A stretch of 64,000 nucleotides of DNA from Campylobacterales bacterium (GCA_024280035.1 JAJRQV010000073.1:1316-65315), one strand, 5' to 3'; numbered from the stretch's first letter, positions 53,243-63,175 are shown. Translations and numbers: made by a program. Notes: generated from the sequence alone by a model not told the origin.

Positions 53243-53770
53243 ATGGACATTGAACCACTAACACAAGAGGGATATGACAAACTTATTGAAGAATTTAAAT
53301 ACCTTAAAGACGTTGAAAAACCTCGCGTTAATGTTGAAAAACAAGAAGCTGCAGCCCAAGGTGATCGAAGCGAAAATGCTGAATATCATGCGGCTAAAGA
53401 GAAGCTTCGTTTTATAGATAAACGCCTCTTCTTTTTAAATAACCATATACAAAAATCAAAAATCATTGATCCCTCTATTCTTAGTAATGATAGGATTCAT
53501 TTTGGTTCAACGGTAACCCTTTTAAATCTAGATACAGATGAAAAAGAGGTGTACACTATTTGTGGGGTTTTAGAGTCAGAACCTGAGATTGGTCTTATCT
53601 CTATTCATGCACCCTTATCAAAACTGATGATGGGCAAAGCTGTTGAAGATGAGTTTTATATTAATTTACCTAAGGGTAAAAAAGAGTATGAAATTGAGAA
53701 AATAGAGTATATTCCCATCTTCTCTTTGAAACAAAAGATTAGAGGCTTAAACGAATACTCTATAAAATAA
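53243..53770 (+). CDS. greA: transcription elongation factor GreA
   Basis: N-terminal coiled coil (TQEGYDKLIEEFKYLKDVEKPRV...DRSENAEYHAAKEKL) plus FKBP-like C-terminal domain. Confidence 0.85.
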   Translation: MDIEPLTQEGYDKLIEEFKYLKDVEKPRVNVEKQEAAAQGDRSENAEYHAAKEKLRFIDKRLFFLNNHIQKSKIIDPSILSNDRIHFGSTVTLLNLDTDEKEVYTICGVLESEPEIGLISIHAPLSKLMMGKAVEDEFYINLPKGKKEYEIEKIEYIPIFSLKQKIRGLNEYSIK

Positions 53771-53938
53771 GTTTTTCTACCTTAATAAAATCCTAGCAAT
53801 AATTACTTGTTTTAAGATATTAAGTTATTTTGAAATTAGATTAGATAAACTTCTGAAAACCTAGATTTAACCAAAGTATAAAACTCCTTATGAAGTTGAA
53901 ATAGATGATTTAGTTAATTAAAAAGAAGGAAAGTTTTT

Positions 53939-54067
53939 ATGAGTTATGTAGATAAATTTAGAACTAATGTAGATAAACTTATGGCTGAGCGTAATGCCTT
54001 TGATGAGATGAAAAAAGCAGAAGACAAAAAAGCAAAAGAAGCTAAAAAAGCAAAAGCAGGAAAATAA
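53939..54067 (+). CDS. possible small Lys-rich protein (42 aa)
   Basis: MSYVDKFRTNVDKLMAERNAFDEMKKAEDKKAKEAKKAKAGK; preferred over the F/C-rich minus-strand ORF 53918..54157. Confidence 0.25.
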   Translation: MSYVDKFRTNVDKLMAERNAFDEMKKAEDKKAKEAKKAKAGK

Positions 54068-54288
54068 GAAGTACTGCTCTTCATCCGTCCCAAATAGGGG
54101 ACAGATCCACTCCATTCTAAACAGACAATTTTTCTTAAATATGATTAAAAACACCAAAAAGAAGCTGAGCTTTCTTTGATATTTTGTTATATTTTTTAAT
54201 TAATTATGATTTTCTAAAAGTGACGATGGACTTAATATCTTTATATACCTCTTCGAATTAAACCAGTTTGCAAGCCATTTACTCACTT

Positions 54289-54314
54289 GTTGGGTGACAC
54301 GTTCACTGCTAGGC
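54289..54314. repeat. GGTGR-CACGTT-containing ~26-nt repeat motif, copy A
   Basis: ttgggtgaCACGTTcactgctaggc; related copies at 54991-55017 and 63744-63769. Confidence 0.45.
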
Positions 54315-54325
54315 TTTATTGGTAT

Positions 54326-54655
54326 TTAGCCTTTTAACAATTTTTGTAACAGTATCTCTTCCACATTTTGCCTTGAATCTAATATTGCCATTATGAATAC
54401 TGTGTTATTTCCAATTTTATAGATAATACGCCAAGGAGATGTTATTACTTCTCTATATAGAGTGATACCTTCTTTGCGAAGTTCAGGTACAACTCGACCT
54501 TTTAAAGGAAAAAAGTTACTTGATTTAGCTTTAGTTCTAATTTTTAAATAAATATCATTTGCCTTGCGAGGACTATCTTGTTTAATGTATCCAACAATAT
54601 TTAAAAGATCATCTTTTGCATTTGTTGTCCATTGAAGTTTATAGGTTTTGCTCAT
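54326..54655 (-). CDS. type II toxin, RelE/ParE family
   Basis: 109 aa; RelE/ParE fold signature in C-terminus; overlaps antitoxin gene by 4 nt. Confidence 0.8.
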   Translation of the reverse strand: MSKTYKLQWTTNAKDDLLNIVGYIKQDSPRKANDIYLKIRTKAKSSNFFPLKGRVVPELRKEGITLYREVITSPWRIIYKIGNNTVFIMAILDSRQNVEEILLQKLLKG

Positions 54656-54924
54656 TTTTTAAGTAGCTCTTCTACCGAACTAAAGACATCTTCTTCATCA
54701 TGCAGGTTTCCATTTTTAATATCTTCTTCGGCAAAAGAAAGAAGCTTTAAAATAGAAATTGCATTTTTCATATCTTCATAGCTTTTTGGGTCTTGAATTA
54801 CAGCTTTAGCTTCACCATTTTGAGTAATAATCATTGGTCTATGAGTCTCATTGATATGCTTTAACACATCAGCTGCTCTATTTTTTAAATATGTAACGGG
54901 TTTTATATCATTAACTAATTGCAT
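54652..54924 (-). CDS. type II antitoxin, Phd/YefM family
   Basis: MQLVNDIKPVTYLKNRAADVLKHINETHRPMIITQNGEAKAVIQDPKSYEDM is a typical Phd/YefM N-terminus. Confidence 0.8.
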   Translation of the reverse strand: MQLVNDIKPVTYLKNRAADVLKHINETHRPMIITQNGEAKAVIQDPKSYEDMKNAISILKLLSFAEEDIKNGNLHDEEDVFSSVEELLKK

Positions 54925-54990
54925 AAAATATCCTTCAGTCTTTTAATGGTACCATATTAAGACCGAATCTGCAAGTGTGATACTAACAAA

Positions 54991-55017
54991 TGGTGGGTAG
55001 CACGTTCAGTACGCAGC
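54991..55017. repeat. GGTGR-CACGTT repeat motif, copy B
   Basis: tggtgggtagCACGTTcagtacgcagc; between the antitoxin start and the recombinase remnant. Confidence 0.45.
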
Positions 55018-55146
55018 AACTCTTTATAGGAGGGAATTTTATATCAAATAAGCTTAAATATTATAATTAGTGGACATATATTATATTTTGCTATTTATAC
55101 TTATCGATGATAGTAGACATTCTGTCTTGTGTAGTTGAGGTGGGTG

Positions 55147-55356
55147 ATGAAGAAAAAGTTATTAGATTTAGTTCGTGATAAAATACGATTTAAACATTAC
55201 CGTATAAAAATGGAAAAGAGTTATACTGCTTAATCATAAGCGACACCACGTGAAATGGGTAAGAATGAGATTGAACGCTTTCTTATACCTTTAGCTGTTA
55301 ACAAAAAGGTTTCTCCTTGGATTTTGACTAAAAAATCTGTTCTTATTAACGCTTAA
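55147..55356 (+). pseudogene. decayed N-terminal fragment of a tyrosine recombinase (integron-integrase/XerD-like SAM-like domain)
   Basis: MKKKLLDLVRDKIRFKHYRIKMEKSYTA* resembles the IntI/XerD N-terminus. After a frameshift, EMGKNEIERFLIPLAVNKKVS... resembles the xxVExFLxHLAVxRxVSxSTQNQA segment. No catalytic domain follows. Confidence 0.5.
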
Positions 55357-55462
55357 ATGTATGCTTAAGATTCACTGTCCATATCTTCTTTGTCCATAGT
55401 CATTGCAATGGCAATTATGCCTGCTAGAAAAACAACAATTATTGCTATGTAAACATATGCCA

Positions 55463-55981
55463 TTAGGTATCCTTTTTGTAAGATGTTACGCTATTTTTTA
55501 CAAGGTTTGAAAACCTATCACTCTCTTTGTCATTAGCAAAAGCAGATTTTGGAATAAAAAGAAAACTTGTTCCATGGTAAAGTAAATAAGCCTTGTCAAG
55601 TGAGATGACTTCGGTAATGTCATTCCAGCTTATCATGGTAGAATCTACTTGTATTCCCTCTTTAGTAGCTGTCATCTTAAAGGTGTGATTTTTACTTTGT
55701 GAGGACGCAAAGCTTCTAGTAATCATAAAACGTCTAATTGGCCAGCGAAAAAGATACCAGTAAATAACTAAAATAGAAGAAATTAATAGTAATCCATAAG
55801 CATCTTTTTTAAGTGCTGCAACCACACCAAATTGAGAAAGCCCGATAAAGAACCAACCTAAAAATCTTTTAGGCGAGTGTTTTAATTCAAATTCATAGGT
55901 GGCTTGGGATGCAGAAACAAAAACTTCTTGAGACCAGGTGTAGTTTATTAATATAGGTTTAGATGTGTTCATCACTCTCAC
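55463..55981 (-). CDS. hypothetical membrane protein
   Basis: 172 aa, two central TM helices. Confidence 0.4.
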   Translation of the reverse strand: MRVMNTSKPILINYTWSQEVFVSASQATYEFELKHSPKRFLGWFFIGLSQFGVVAALKKDAYGLLLISSILVIYWYLFRWPIRRFMITRSFASSQSKNHTFKMTATKEGIQVDSTMISWNDITEVISLDKAYLLYHGTSFLFIPKSAFANDKESDRFSNLVKNSVTSYKKDT

Positions 55982-56603
55982 TTATCATTAAATCTTCTTT
56001 TTTTATAATACCGTCTTCTTCTAACTCTTTTAAAAGCTTTAAAGTTTGTATGTACGTTTCTTGAAAGATAGCATTGTTTTTATCATATACCTTACTCTGT
56101 TTTCTTGCATAAAGCCAAGCAAATAGAACAGTAGATGCAAAAAGACCATATATCCACCATTGCCATGCTTTTAAATTCAGTAAAATTATAAAATACTGAA
56201 CAGAAAACAGAACAAAAAATTCAATTGAAAAGATGATAACAAGCGTAGCACTTTGTTCAAAATCAAGTGTATATTTTTCTAAGGTTTTTAACTTTTTAAA
56301 ATTAGCATTGATTTGTTGTGCTTTTTGTTTGTGTTCATCTTTTAAATTATCTATTGGTATGTCTTTTAAATGAATATTACTTAAATTATATTCAACATTT
56401 GTTTGCATGTAATCTTCTAAGATTTGGGGGGTCTTAGACATGGTTTCTTTGATTTCATCTTCATTTACTCTGTTTTTACCAGCGTCTTTTTGAACATCTT
56501 GTAAAACTAAATCATAAAGCCCAACGGTCTTTATCTCATAAGCAACTCTATCTAAATTAATCAATATATTTCCTAAGTCTATTTTTTGAAGAAGATGGGC
56601 CAT
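55959..56603 (-). CDS. hypothetical membrane protein
   Basis: 214 aa, C-terminal TM pair; overlaps the downstream gene. Confidence 0.4.
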   Translation of the reverse strand: MAHLLQKIDLGNILINLDRVAYEIKTVGLYDLVLQDVQKDAGKNRVNEDEIKETMSKTPQILEDYMQTNVEYNLSNIHLKDIPIDNLKDEHKQKAQQINANFKKLKTLEKYTLDFEQSATLVIIFSIEFFVLFSVQYFIILLNLKAWQWWIYGLFASTVLFAWLYARKQSKVYDKNNAIFQETYIQTLKLLKELEEDGIIKKEDLMISESDEHI

Positions 56604-56619
56604 TGCCCATCAAATAAAA

Positions 56620-58281
56620 TTACATGTCTTCTGGATCTAATACATATGAAGCAGTTTTGTCTTTTGCAGGTAAGAAAATACCAATAAGACCTTTTAAACC
56701 GACAGACATGATAATGTTGAAAAGGAAAAGTGCCCAAGCTACAAGTAACATCGTACCAAAGCCTGCTGCCATTAACATATCAAAATGAAATTCACCATTA
56801 ACATAAAGGTGACGACGAAGCATACCATCAAGCCCAGCCATACCCATAAATGCACCCATACCGATACCACCAATTAGGTGCATCCAAAAGTGCGTATTAG
56901 CAAGTTTGCTTGAGTAGAGTTTAGTGTTATTGGTAACGAGTGGCCATAAAACAAAAAGAGCAGAATAAAGTGTCATATAAAGACCAACAATAAGAGCAAT
57001 ATGAACGTGTGCACCAATAATCCACTGTGTATTGTGTAGAACACGGTTCATACCCATATCTGCTTGAATAATTGCCGCAGGAACAGCAAGACCAAAACCA
57101 GATAAACCACCTAATAGGTATTTAAGTTCCATAGTCATTTTTAATGGACGAGCTTTCCATAAAGTAACAAGAGTAATAAAAAGTGCAAGACCTTGAGTAA
57201 GAAGTTCAAATGCTGTAACCATCTCACCCGAGATTAGTTTCATCATTTCAGGTTGACCTTGATCACCTAACAAGTGATGAGACCAAACCATCCATGAAAC
57301 TAAAAGCTCAAGCATAAGTGCAGCACGAGCAACATTTTCCATAAAAAGCTTTTGCCCTGTGATTAAAGTGGCTAATAAATACCATGAACCTGCAACATAA
57401 ATTAATACAAGACCATCAGCAACTAAGTCAAGCCCCCACCAGAAAAGGTTTTTATATAAGAGTGCATCAATTGCAGTAACATCTAACTGAATACCACCTA
57501 AGTCAGCTACAAGATAGACAAGAACTAAGATACCTGCACCTAAGATGACAATTGCATCTAAGAATGTATCAACCGTACCACGGAAGATTGCAACAACAGG
57601 AAGTGCTAATGCTGGCTCTTTTGTATAAGGTTCTTTTCCTCTTAGTTTATTGATAAGATTTAACATACCATCAATACCAAATCCAGAGATGAGAAGCTCT
57701 TTAGTTGTTTTATTTTTATGTACACCAACACGAGCAAAAATAGTTGCATATATGTTATAAATAAATCCAAAAGTACCGACCATAATAAGTGCAATACCGA
57801 TGATGAAAACAATACCACCAATGGTACTAAACTGGGTTGTATCCGCAGGTAGTGGCCAGTAAAGTGTATAAAGTGGGGCATACTGCCATACAAAAGCAGC
57901 TATCCAAGCGAAAGCTGTCCCAATAGTGATATTTAACCAAACAAAGTTTGCTAATTTAACACTATAAAGAGGTTTTTTAGTTAGGTAAGGAACAAGAAAC
58001 ATAAATGCAGCAAAAACTAACTGGTATGTTGAACCAAAAATACCTACAATAGGGTGAACTGTCATAATAGAAAAGAAATGATCTGGATGGAAAAACTGCT
58101 CTGGCATAATTGCTTTTGCTTGAGGTCCTACTTCAACCATTCGCATAATCATACCTTCTATTGCCACTAAACCATAAAATAAAAATGCCATTACAACAGC
58201 ACGAAGAGTTACTTTTTGAAGAGCATTTAAACCTTCATGATTAAAGTCAGTACCATGTATTAATGTCTTAGCAAAACTCAT
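56620..58281 (-). CDS. heme-copper oxidase superfamily subunit I homologue (NO-reductase-like, atypical CuB site)
   Basis: 12+ TM helices; helix II His (TVHPIVGIF), helix VII HH (WSHHLL), helix X HxH (AHVHIAL). The helix VI position reads FWWGLD where oxidases have FWFFGHP. Confidence 0.7.
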   Translation of the reverse strand: MSFAKTLIHGTDFNHEGLNALQKVTLRAVVMAFLFYGLVAIEGMIMRMVEVGPQAKAIMPEQFFHPDHFFSIMTVHPIVGIFGSTYQLVFAAFMFLVPYLTKKPLYSVKLANFVWLNITIGTAFAWIAAFVWQYAPLYTLYWPLPADTTQFSTIGGIVFIIGIALIMVGTFGFIYNIYATIFARVGVHKNKTTKELLISGFGIDGMLNLINKLRGKEPYTKEPALALPVVAIFRGTVDTFLDAIVILGAGILVLVYLVADLGGIQLDVTAIDALLYKNLFWWGLDLVADGLVLIYVAGSWYLLATLITGQKLFMENVARAALMLELLVSWMVWSHHLLGDQGQPEMMKLISGEMVTAFELLTQGLALFITLVTLWKARPLKMTMELKYLLGGLSGFGLAVPAAIIQADMGMNRVLHNTQWIIGAHVHIALIVGLYMTLYSALFVLWPLVTNNTKLYSSKLANTHFWMHLIGGIGMGAFMGMAGLDGMLRRHLYVNGEFHFDMLMAAGFGTMLLVAWALFLFNIIMSVGLKGLIGIFLPAKDKTASYVLDPEDM

Positions 58282-58871
58282 TATTTAGCTCCTTTTTCAC
58301 AGCCAACGACTTCTAAGAAGCGTTTAACTCTCATTAAATTTTCACCAGTATGTTTATCATACATAGCTGGACCAGAATATTCCGTTGAATCTAAATCAAA
58401 GACAGCATTATGATGAAATGTCCAAAGAATATCATTTGGTGTACCAGGATTAACTTGCATCTGCATAGCCATAGAACCATCTTGACGGAAAAGACCAAAA
58501 CCATAAATAAGGTCTTTACTCTCAACATCAAAGTTAATGGTTTCTCCACATTGAACGGTAATTTTCTTTGCAGGGAGTGTCCATTTATGTTTTTCAATAA
58601 TAAACTTATATGTTGCATCATTGCTAAGTTCGTGTCTTCCAATATCTTGAGAAACCCATGGAATAGCATTATAAGTAAAAATGTGATGCCCAACACCACC
58701 AGCAACTAAAAATGCCATATACCAGTAAAATGGTATACGAACCACTGATTTTGCTTTTTCTCTCGTTAGGTTATATCCAAACCATGCAATTACTGATAAA
58801 ATCATCGCTGCATATAGTGTATAAGCTACCCAGTGAAAAGCTAATAACTCTAGGGAGTTTGTAAAAATCAT
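58281..58871 (-). CDS. heme-copper oxidase subunit II-like cupredoxin protein lacking CuA ligands
   Basis: Two N-terminal TM helices plus cupredoxin segment (ITVQCGETINFDVESKDLIYGFGL); no Hx34CxExCGxxHxxM CuA motif. Confidence 0.6.
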   Translation of the reverse strand: MIFTNSLELLAFHWVAYTLYAAMILSVIAWFGYNLTREKAKSVVRIPFYWYMAFLVAGGVGHHIFTYNAIPWVSQDIGRHELSNDATYKFIIEKHKWTLPAKKITVQCGETINFDVESKDLIYGFGLFRQDGSMAMQMQVNPGTPNDILWTFHHNAVFDLDSTEYSGPAMYDKHTGENLMRVKRFLEVVGCEKGAK

Positions 58872-59033
58872 CTTTTATACCTCTTGTATTTTTCTAAACT
58901 ATATTCAATACGACTTGTCTATAGATATATAGTAATTAAAATAATGACATAGTTATCATATTTTATGTTCAGTTAAGTGATTAAAATTTAGCCAATTTTT
59001 GATTAGGCTTTTTTAAACCTATGTGAAGCCCCT

Positions 59034-59126
59034 AAAACAGGATGGTTAAACTGTTTTATTGATCTTGGTCAAGATGAGTAAAATAGGTACATTCATAAGA
59101 GCTTAAAAGCAGGATGATTAAAAAAG
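59034..59126. promoter_or_regulatory. direct repeats CAGGATGRTTAAA (x2) and palindrome AAACAG-n10-CTGTTT upstream of the oxidase-like operon
   Basis: aaacaggatggttaaactgttt at 59034-59057 and aagcaggatgattaaa at 59105-59121; candidate operator/promoter elements. Confidence 0.3.
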
Positions 59127-59207
59127 AGACATTAAAGTGTTAAAAATATCTATTTTTTAATTTGAAACTTAAGTAAAAATAGCTTTTCTTTTTTAGATAG
59201 TCCACAG

Positions 59208-59266
59208 ATTAAGCAAATTAAATTGATTATAATAGACAATCTGTTAAATCAGTTTAATCTGTGGAC
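59208..59266. repeat. palindromic repeat element, copy 2 (TAGTCCACAGATTAAG ... TTAATCTGTGGAC)
   Basis: Same arms as 27541-27604; lies between the Rrf2 gene stop and the oxidase-like operon. Confidence 0.6.
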
Positions 59267-59289
59267 AACTTGCTCTTCGTATTTTTAAA

Positions 59290-59697
59290 CTAATGTGAGT
59301 CCATAAGACTTGGGTCAAGTTTATCAAGTGTTGTTGTGTTTAACATTTTCTCTAAAGCTTGTTTTGGGAGGGTGTAACTTTCGTGTAAAGAGCAGGGTTT
59401 TGCCTCATCACACTCTGTTTCTCCAAGGGCACAGTTAGAACAGTTGTTTTCATCTATAGCATTTAAAATATCTACAAGAAAAATTTCATCTGTACCTTTG
59501 TTAAGTAAAAAACCACCATTTCTTCCGCGGGAAGCTTTTAAAATATTAGCTTTGGCTAATTTGGTTAATAACATAGTAAGGTATTTGTACGGTATTTCCG
59601 TCTCTTCGTGGATATGAGTCGCCGAAAAAAGCTCTTCGGGATCTTTGGACATAAATATTAAAATTCTAAATGTATATTGTGCTGTTTTACTGAACAT
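59290..59697 (-). CDS. Rrf2-family transcriptional regulator (NsrR/IscR-like)
   Basis: Rrf2 HTH (ATHIHEETEIPYKYLTMLLTKLAKANILKASRGRNGGFLL) and three C-terminal Cys (CSNCALGETECDEAKPC). Confidence 0.85.
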   Translation of the reverse strand: MFSKTAQYTFRILIFMSKDPEELFSATHIHEETEIPYKYLTMLLTKLAKANILKASRGRNGGFLLNKGTDEIFLVDILNAIDENNCSNCALGETECDEAKPCSLHESYTLPKQALEKMLNTTTLDKLDPSLMDSH

Positions 59698-59918
59698 GAG
59701 TTTTCTCTTATTCCCTTAAATTTTAGGGATTTTAGCGTAAAGTATTTAGAGCTATACCTAGGTTCTTGTGCTAAGTTTTTAATTATAGTTTATTTAAAGG
59801 TTCATATAAACAATTTTTTAGTACTTTATGAGTATAATCGCGTCTTAAAAGACTTTTTAGAAAATTGACATGAATGTTGATTCTTTAAAAAGTCCATAAA
59901 TAACACTAAGGAAGCCCC

Positions 59919-62129
59919 TTGTATAAAGTAGAAAACATAGAACAAGCATGTAAAGATCATAAAATATCTCCTGAAGAGTACCAAAATATATTAACGATTT
60001 TAGGACGTGAGCCAAACATGGTTGAGCTTCGAATTTTCTCAGCAATGTGGTCTGAACACTGTTCTTATAAATCTTCGAAAGTTCACTTAAGTGGTTTTCC
60101 AACTAAGGCACCTTGGGTTATTCAAGGTCCCGGTGAAAACGCAGGTGTTATTGATATTGGTGATGGTTATGCCGCAGTATTTAAGATGGAATCTCACAAT
60201 CACCCTTCATTTATTGAACCTTACCAAGGTGCAGCAACAGGTGTTGGTGGCATTATGCGTGATGTTTTTACCATGGGTGCAAGACCAGTTGCTTCTCTTA
60301 ACTCTTTACGTTTTGGAAATGTTCTTAATGATGATAAAACTTCGTCTCACCAACGTTTTTTAGTACGTGGGGTAACTGAAGGCATTGGTGGTTATGGAAA
60401 CTGTATGGGTGTTCCAACTATTGGTGGCGAAGTTAGTTTTGATGAGTGTTATAATGGAAACATCCTTGTCAATGCGTTTAATCTCGGTATCGCAAAATCA
60501 GATGAAATTTTTTATGGAAAAGCAGAAGGTATTGGAAATCCTGTAATGTACGTAGGTTCAAAAACAGGTAGAGATGGTCTTGGTGGAGCAGTAATGTCTT
60601 CAGACTCTTTTACTGAAGAGTCAAAATCTTTACGTCCAACGGTTCAAGTGGGTGATCCCTTCACTGAAAAGCTTCTTCTAGAGGCTTGTATGGAACTTTT
60701 TAAAACTGATTATGTTGTTGGTATCCAAGATATGGGTGCTGCTGGGCTTACTTCTTCCTCTTTTGAGATGGCAGGACGATCGGGTTCTGGAATGATAATG
60801 CACCTGGATAAGGTACCCGCTAGAGAAGAAAATATGACACCTTATGATTTTATGCTTTCAGAATCTCAAGAGCGTATGCTTATTTGTGCTAAAAAAGGTT
60901 CAGAACAAGCAATTATTGAAATTTTTGAAAAATGGGACCTTGCCGTTGCGGTAATTGGTGAAGTCACGGCTACGGGGACAATGGAACTTTTCTGGAATGG
61001 CGAAAAATGTGCAGATGTTCCTGTTGATCCTGTTTCAGAAGAAGCACCAGTACTTAACCGTCCAATGACAAAACCTGCTTACTTAAAAGACCTTGATAAG
61101 GTAGAAATCACAGATTTTGACGCGGTATCTAACCAAGAAGCTTTTAGTAAGTTAATGTCTTCGATGGAAGTTGTAGATAAGGCATGGATTTATGAGCAGT
61201 ATGATTCAATGGTTCAGACTAATACCATTAAAAAGGGTGGTTCTCTTGATGCTTCGGTAATCCGTGTAAAAGAGAATGGTAAAGCACTTGCCATGAGTTC
61301 AGATTGTAATGTTCGCCACTGTTACATTGACCCTAAAGGTGGGGCAGCAGCAGCAGTCATTGAGTCAGGAAGAAATGTTGCCATGACGGGGGCTCAACCC
61401 TTAGCCATTACAGATTGTCTAAATTATGGTAATCCTGAAAACCCTGAAGTTATGTGGCAGTTTGGTGAAGGTTGTTTAGGCATTAAAGAAGCCTGTGCTG
61501 AACTTAATACGCCTGTCATTGGTGGAAATGTTTCGCTTTATAACGAAACTAATGGTATTTCAGTTTTTCCAACACCGTCAATTGCAACCGTGGGTGTAAA
61601 TGATGATGAGAACAAGGTTCTTTTTAATTCATTTCAAAAAGAGGGAAATAGTCTTTATCTTTTAGGTGATACAAAATCTGAATTTGGAGGTTCTTTATAC
61701 ATGAAAGAGCTCCACGGAAAAGTAGCAGGAAAGCTTCCTGAGATTGATTACGAAAAAGAGTTAATCCTTTGGAACACCGTAATTAATGCGAATAAAAAAG
61801 GCCTTTTAGCTTCGGCAAAAGATTGTTCATCAGGGGGTATGGCTGTGGTTATCGGAAAGATGGCAGCAGTAAGTAATATGGGTACAAATGTTTCTGTAAC
61901 GGTAGAAAATGAAAATGATATTTTCTCAGAAACATTTTCAAGAGCAGTAATCGAAGTAAGCCCTGAAAATGCACAAGCTTTTGAAGCGATGGTAGATGGC
62001 TTAGCCTGTGAAAAGATAGGAATTGTTGGTGGTAATAAGGTTGTTATTAATGATATTTCTATGGAAATAGCTGAGTTAAAAGGATTGTATTTTGATACCT
62101 TTAAGAAGGTTATTGAACAAGATATTTAA
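59919..62129 (+). CDS. purL: phosphoribosylformylglycinamidine synthase subunit PurL
   Basis: 736 aa, duplicated AIR-synthase-like domains; N-terminus typical of PurL. Confidence 0.95.
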   Translation: MYKVENIEQACKDHKISPEEYQNILTILGREPNMVELRIFSAMWSEHCSYKSSKVHLSGFPTKAPWVIQGPGENAGVIDIGDGYAAVFKMESHNHPSFIEPYQGAATGVGGIMRDVFTMGARPVASLNSLRFGNVLNDDKTSSHQRFLVRGVTEGIGGYGNCMGVPTIGGEVSFDECYNGNILVNAFNLGIAKSDEIFYGKAEGIGNPVMYVGSKTGRDGLGGAVMSSDSFTEESKSLRPTVQVGDPFTEKLLLEACMELFKTDYVVGIQDMGAAGLTSSSFEMAGRSGSGMIMHLDKVPAREENMTPYDFMLSESQERMLICAKKGSEQAIIEIFEKWDLAVAVIGEVTATGTMELFWNGEKCADVPVDPVSEEAPVLNRPMTKPAYLKDLDKVEITDFDAVSNQEAFSKLMSSMEVVDKAWIYEQYDSMVQTNTIKKGGSLDASVIRVKENGKALAMSSDCNVRHCYIDPKGGAAAAVIESGRNVAMTGAQPLAITDCLNYGNPENPEVMWQFGEGCLGIKEACAELNTPVIGGNVSLYNETNGISVFPTPSIATVGVNDDENKVLFNSFQKEGNSLYLLGDTKSEFGGSLYMKELHGKVAGKLPEIDYEKELILWNTVINANKKGLLASAKDCSSGGMAVVIGKMAAVSNMGTNVSVTVENENDIFSETFSRAVIEVSPENAQAFEAMVDGLACEKIGIVGGNKVVINDISMEIAELKGLYFDTFKKVIEQDI

Positions 62130-62333
62130 GCTTCCTTTATGATAAGAATATAGAATCGCTAATTAGTTAAACTATTTTTATGCAGCTTTTATACTGCCCA
62201 TTTTAACTCCGTGTCTGACAGTATTCAAAAATTTTAGGCATAAAGATCTCTTTTCTTCTAATATTTAACACTATAACTAATTTTGGATTTTTTTGACTTT
62301 ATAGAATTTTTCGAGATTAATAACGTTTATCGT

Positions 62334-62369
62334 GAGCGATATTTTCCACGAAGGGGAAAATATTCGCTC
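62334..62369. repeat. imperfect palindrome GAGCGATATTTTCC-acgaag-GGAAAATAT(T)CGCTC, flanked by ATAAC...GTTAT
   Basis: 14-bp arms with a single extrahelical T; immediately 3' of the toxin gene on the minus strand; attC-like architecture or terminator. Confidence 0.4.
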
Positions 62370-62392
62370 CTCGTTTTTGTTATATCTTTTAA

Positions 62393-62674
62393 CTAACTTG
62401 GCTTATTATGATTGAAAATATTTAAAATTTCTATTGTGTTTTTTTCTAAATTAACTTCATAGTTTATAGTATGCTTTTTGTATGTTAAATCTCTTATATT
62501 TAAATCGCTAAAGTAAATTGATGGTTTATACTTATATGGAAAATTAGGGATATCCTTGATTTGGGTATCAAGTTCTTTTTGAAAATTTTTACTTGCACTT
62601 GTTTTATCTTTGGCAATATATTGTAAAATTATAAGTAGATTTATTTGATATTTTCTAGAACGAATAATTTTCAT
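62393..62674 (-). CDS. probable type II toxin (ParE/RelE-like)
   Basis: 93 aa; C-terminal ...HTINYEVNLEKNTIEILNIFNHNK resembles the ParE/RelE core; 1-nt gap to the upstream small gene. Confidence 0.5.
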   Translation of the reverse strand: MKIIRSRKYQINLLIILQYIAKDKTSASKNFQKELDTQIKDIPNFPYKYKPSIYFSDLNIRDLTYKKHTINYEVNLEKNTIEILNIFNHNKPS

Positions 62675-62675
62675 A

Positions 62676-62933
62676 TTATTTTTCTAAGGTAGAAAAAAAG
62701 TCTTCAATTTCTTTATCGTACTGTTCTTGAGAAAGCATTTCCATGGTGCCATTTTTAATGTCATCTCGAATTTGGTGCAACTGCTTTTGTCTTTCATAAA
62801 AATAAGGGTCAAGTTCTAAATTTCTATCTTTTTTAATAGTTATGCTGTCACTATGATTATTAACATAATTCATAAAATCATTAACATAGTCATCTTGGAT
62901 TTGTATTGCCATAGTTTGCATAATATACTCCAA
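62676..62933 (-). CDS. probable antitoxin partner
   Basis: 85 aa acidic protein immediately upstream of the toxin gene in the same operon; 10-bp perfect palindrome AAATTCAAGT-n7-ACTTGAATTT at 62958-62984 upstream. Confidence 0.4.
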   Translation of the reverse strand: MEYIMQTMAIQIQDDYVNDFMNYVNNHSDSITIKKDRNLELDPYFYERQKQLHQIRDDIKNGTMEMLSQEQYDKEIEDFFSTLEK

Positions 62934-62992
62934 TAATTATTTGAGTATATTATAGCAAAATTCAAGTTGTTATCACTTGAATTTTACATCGC

Positions 62993-63175
62993 TTAAGCAT
63001 TTCTTGCACTTTCTTCAGCTTTTTCTGCTGTGGAATAAGCATCTCTTGCTCTTTGAAATAAAGTACCAACATTGGTTACATTAGCTTCTGCACTTTTAGC
63101 TTGAGCCCATAGTTTATCGCCTTTAGCTTTAAATGTTTGGGCTACCTTTAAATACGTCTCTTTTGATTTTGCCAT
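62993..63175 (-). CDS. CsbD-like small stress protein
   Basis: 60 aa, KGDKLWAQAKSAEANV... resembles the CsbD family. Confidence 0.35.
   Translation of the reverse strand: MAKSKETYLKVAQTFKAKGDKLWAQAKSAEANVTNVGTLFQRARDAYSTAEKAEESARNA

Noticed and set aside
54068-54130. Hairpin tcatCCGTCCCaaataGGGACAGatcc after the small Lys-rich ORF
   Set aside because: Short imperfect stem without T-tract; could be a terminator but the evidence is too weak to list as a feature.
53918-54157. 79-aa minus-strand ORF (FCFF-rich)
   Set aside because: Low-complexity Phe/Cys repeat translation. The opposite strand carries a cleaner Lys-rich 42-aa ORF with a better start context.
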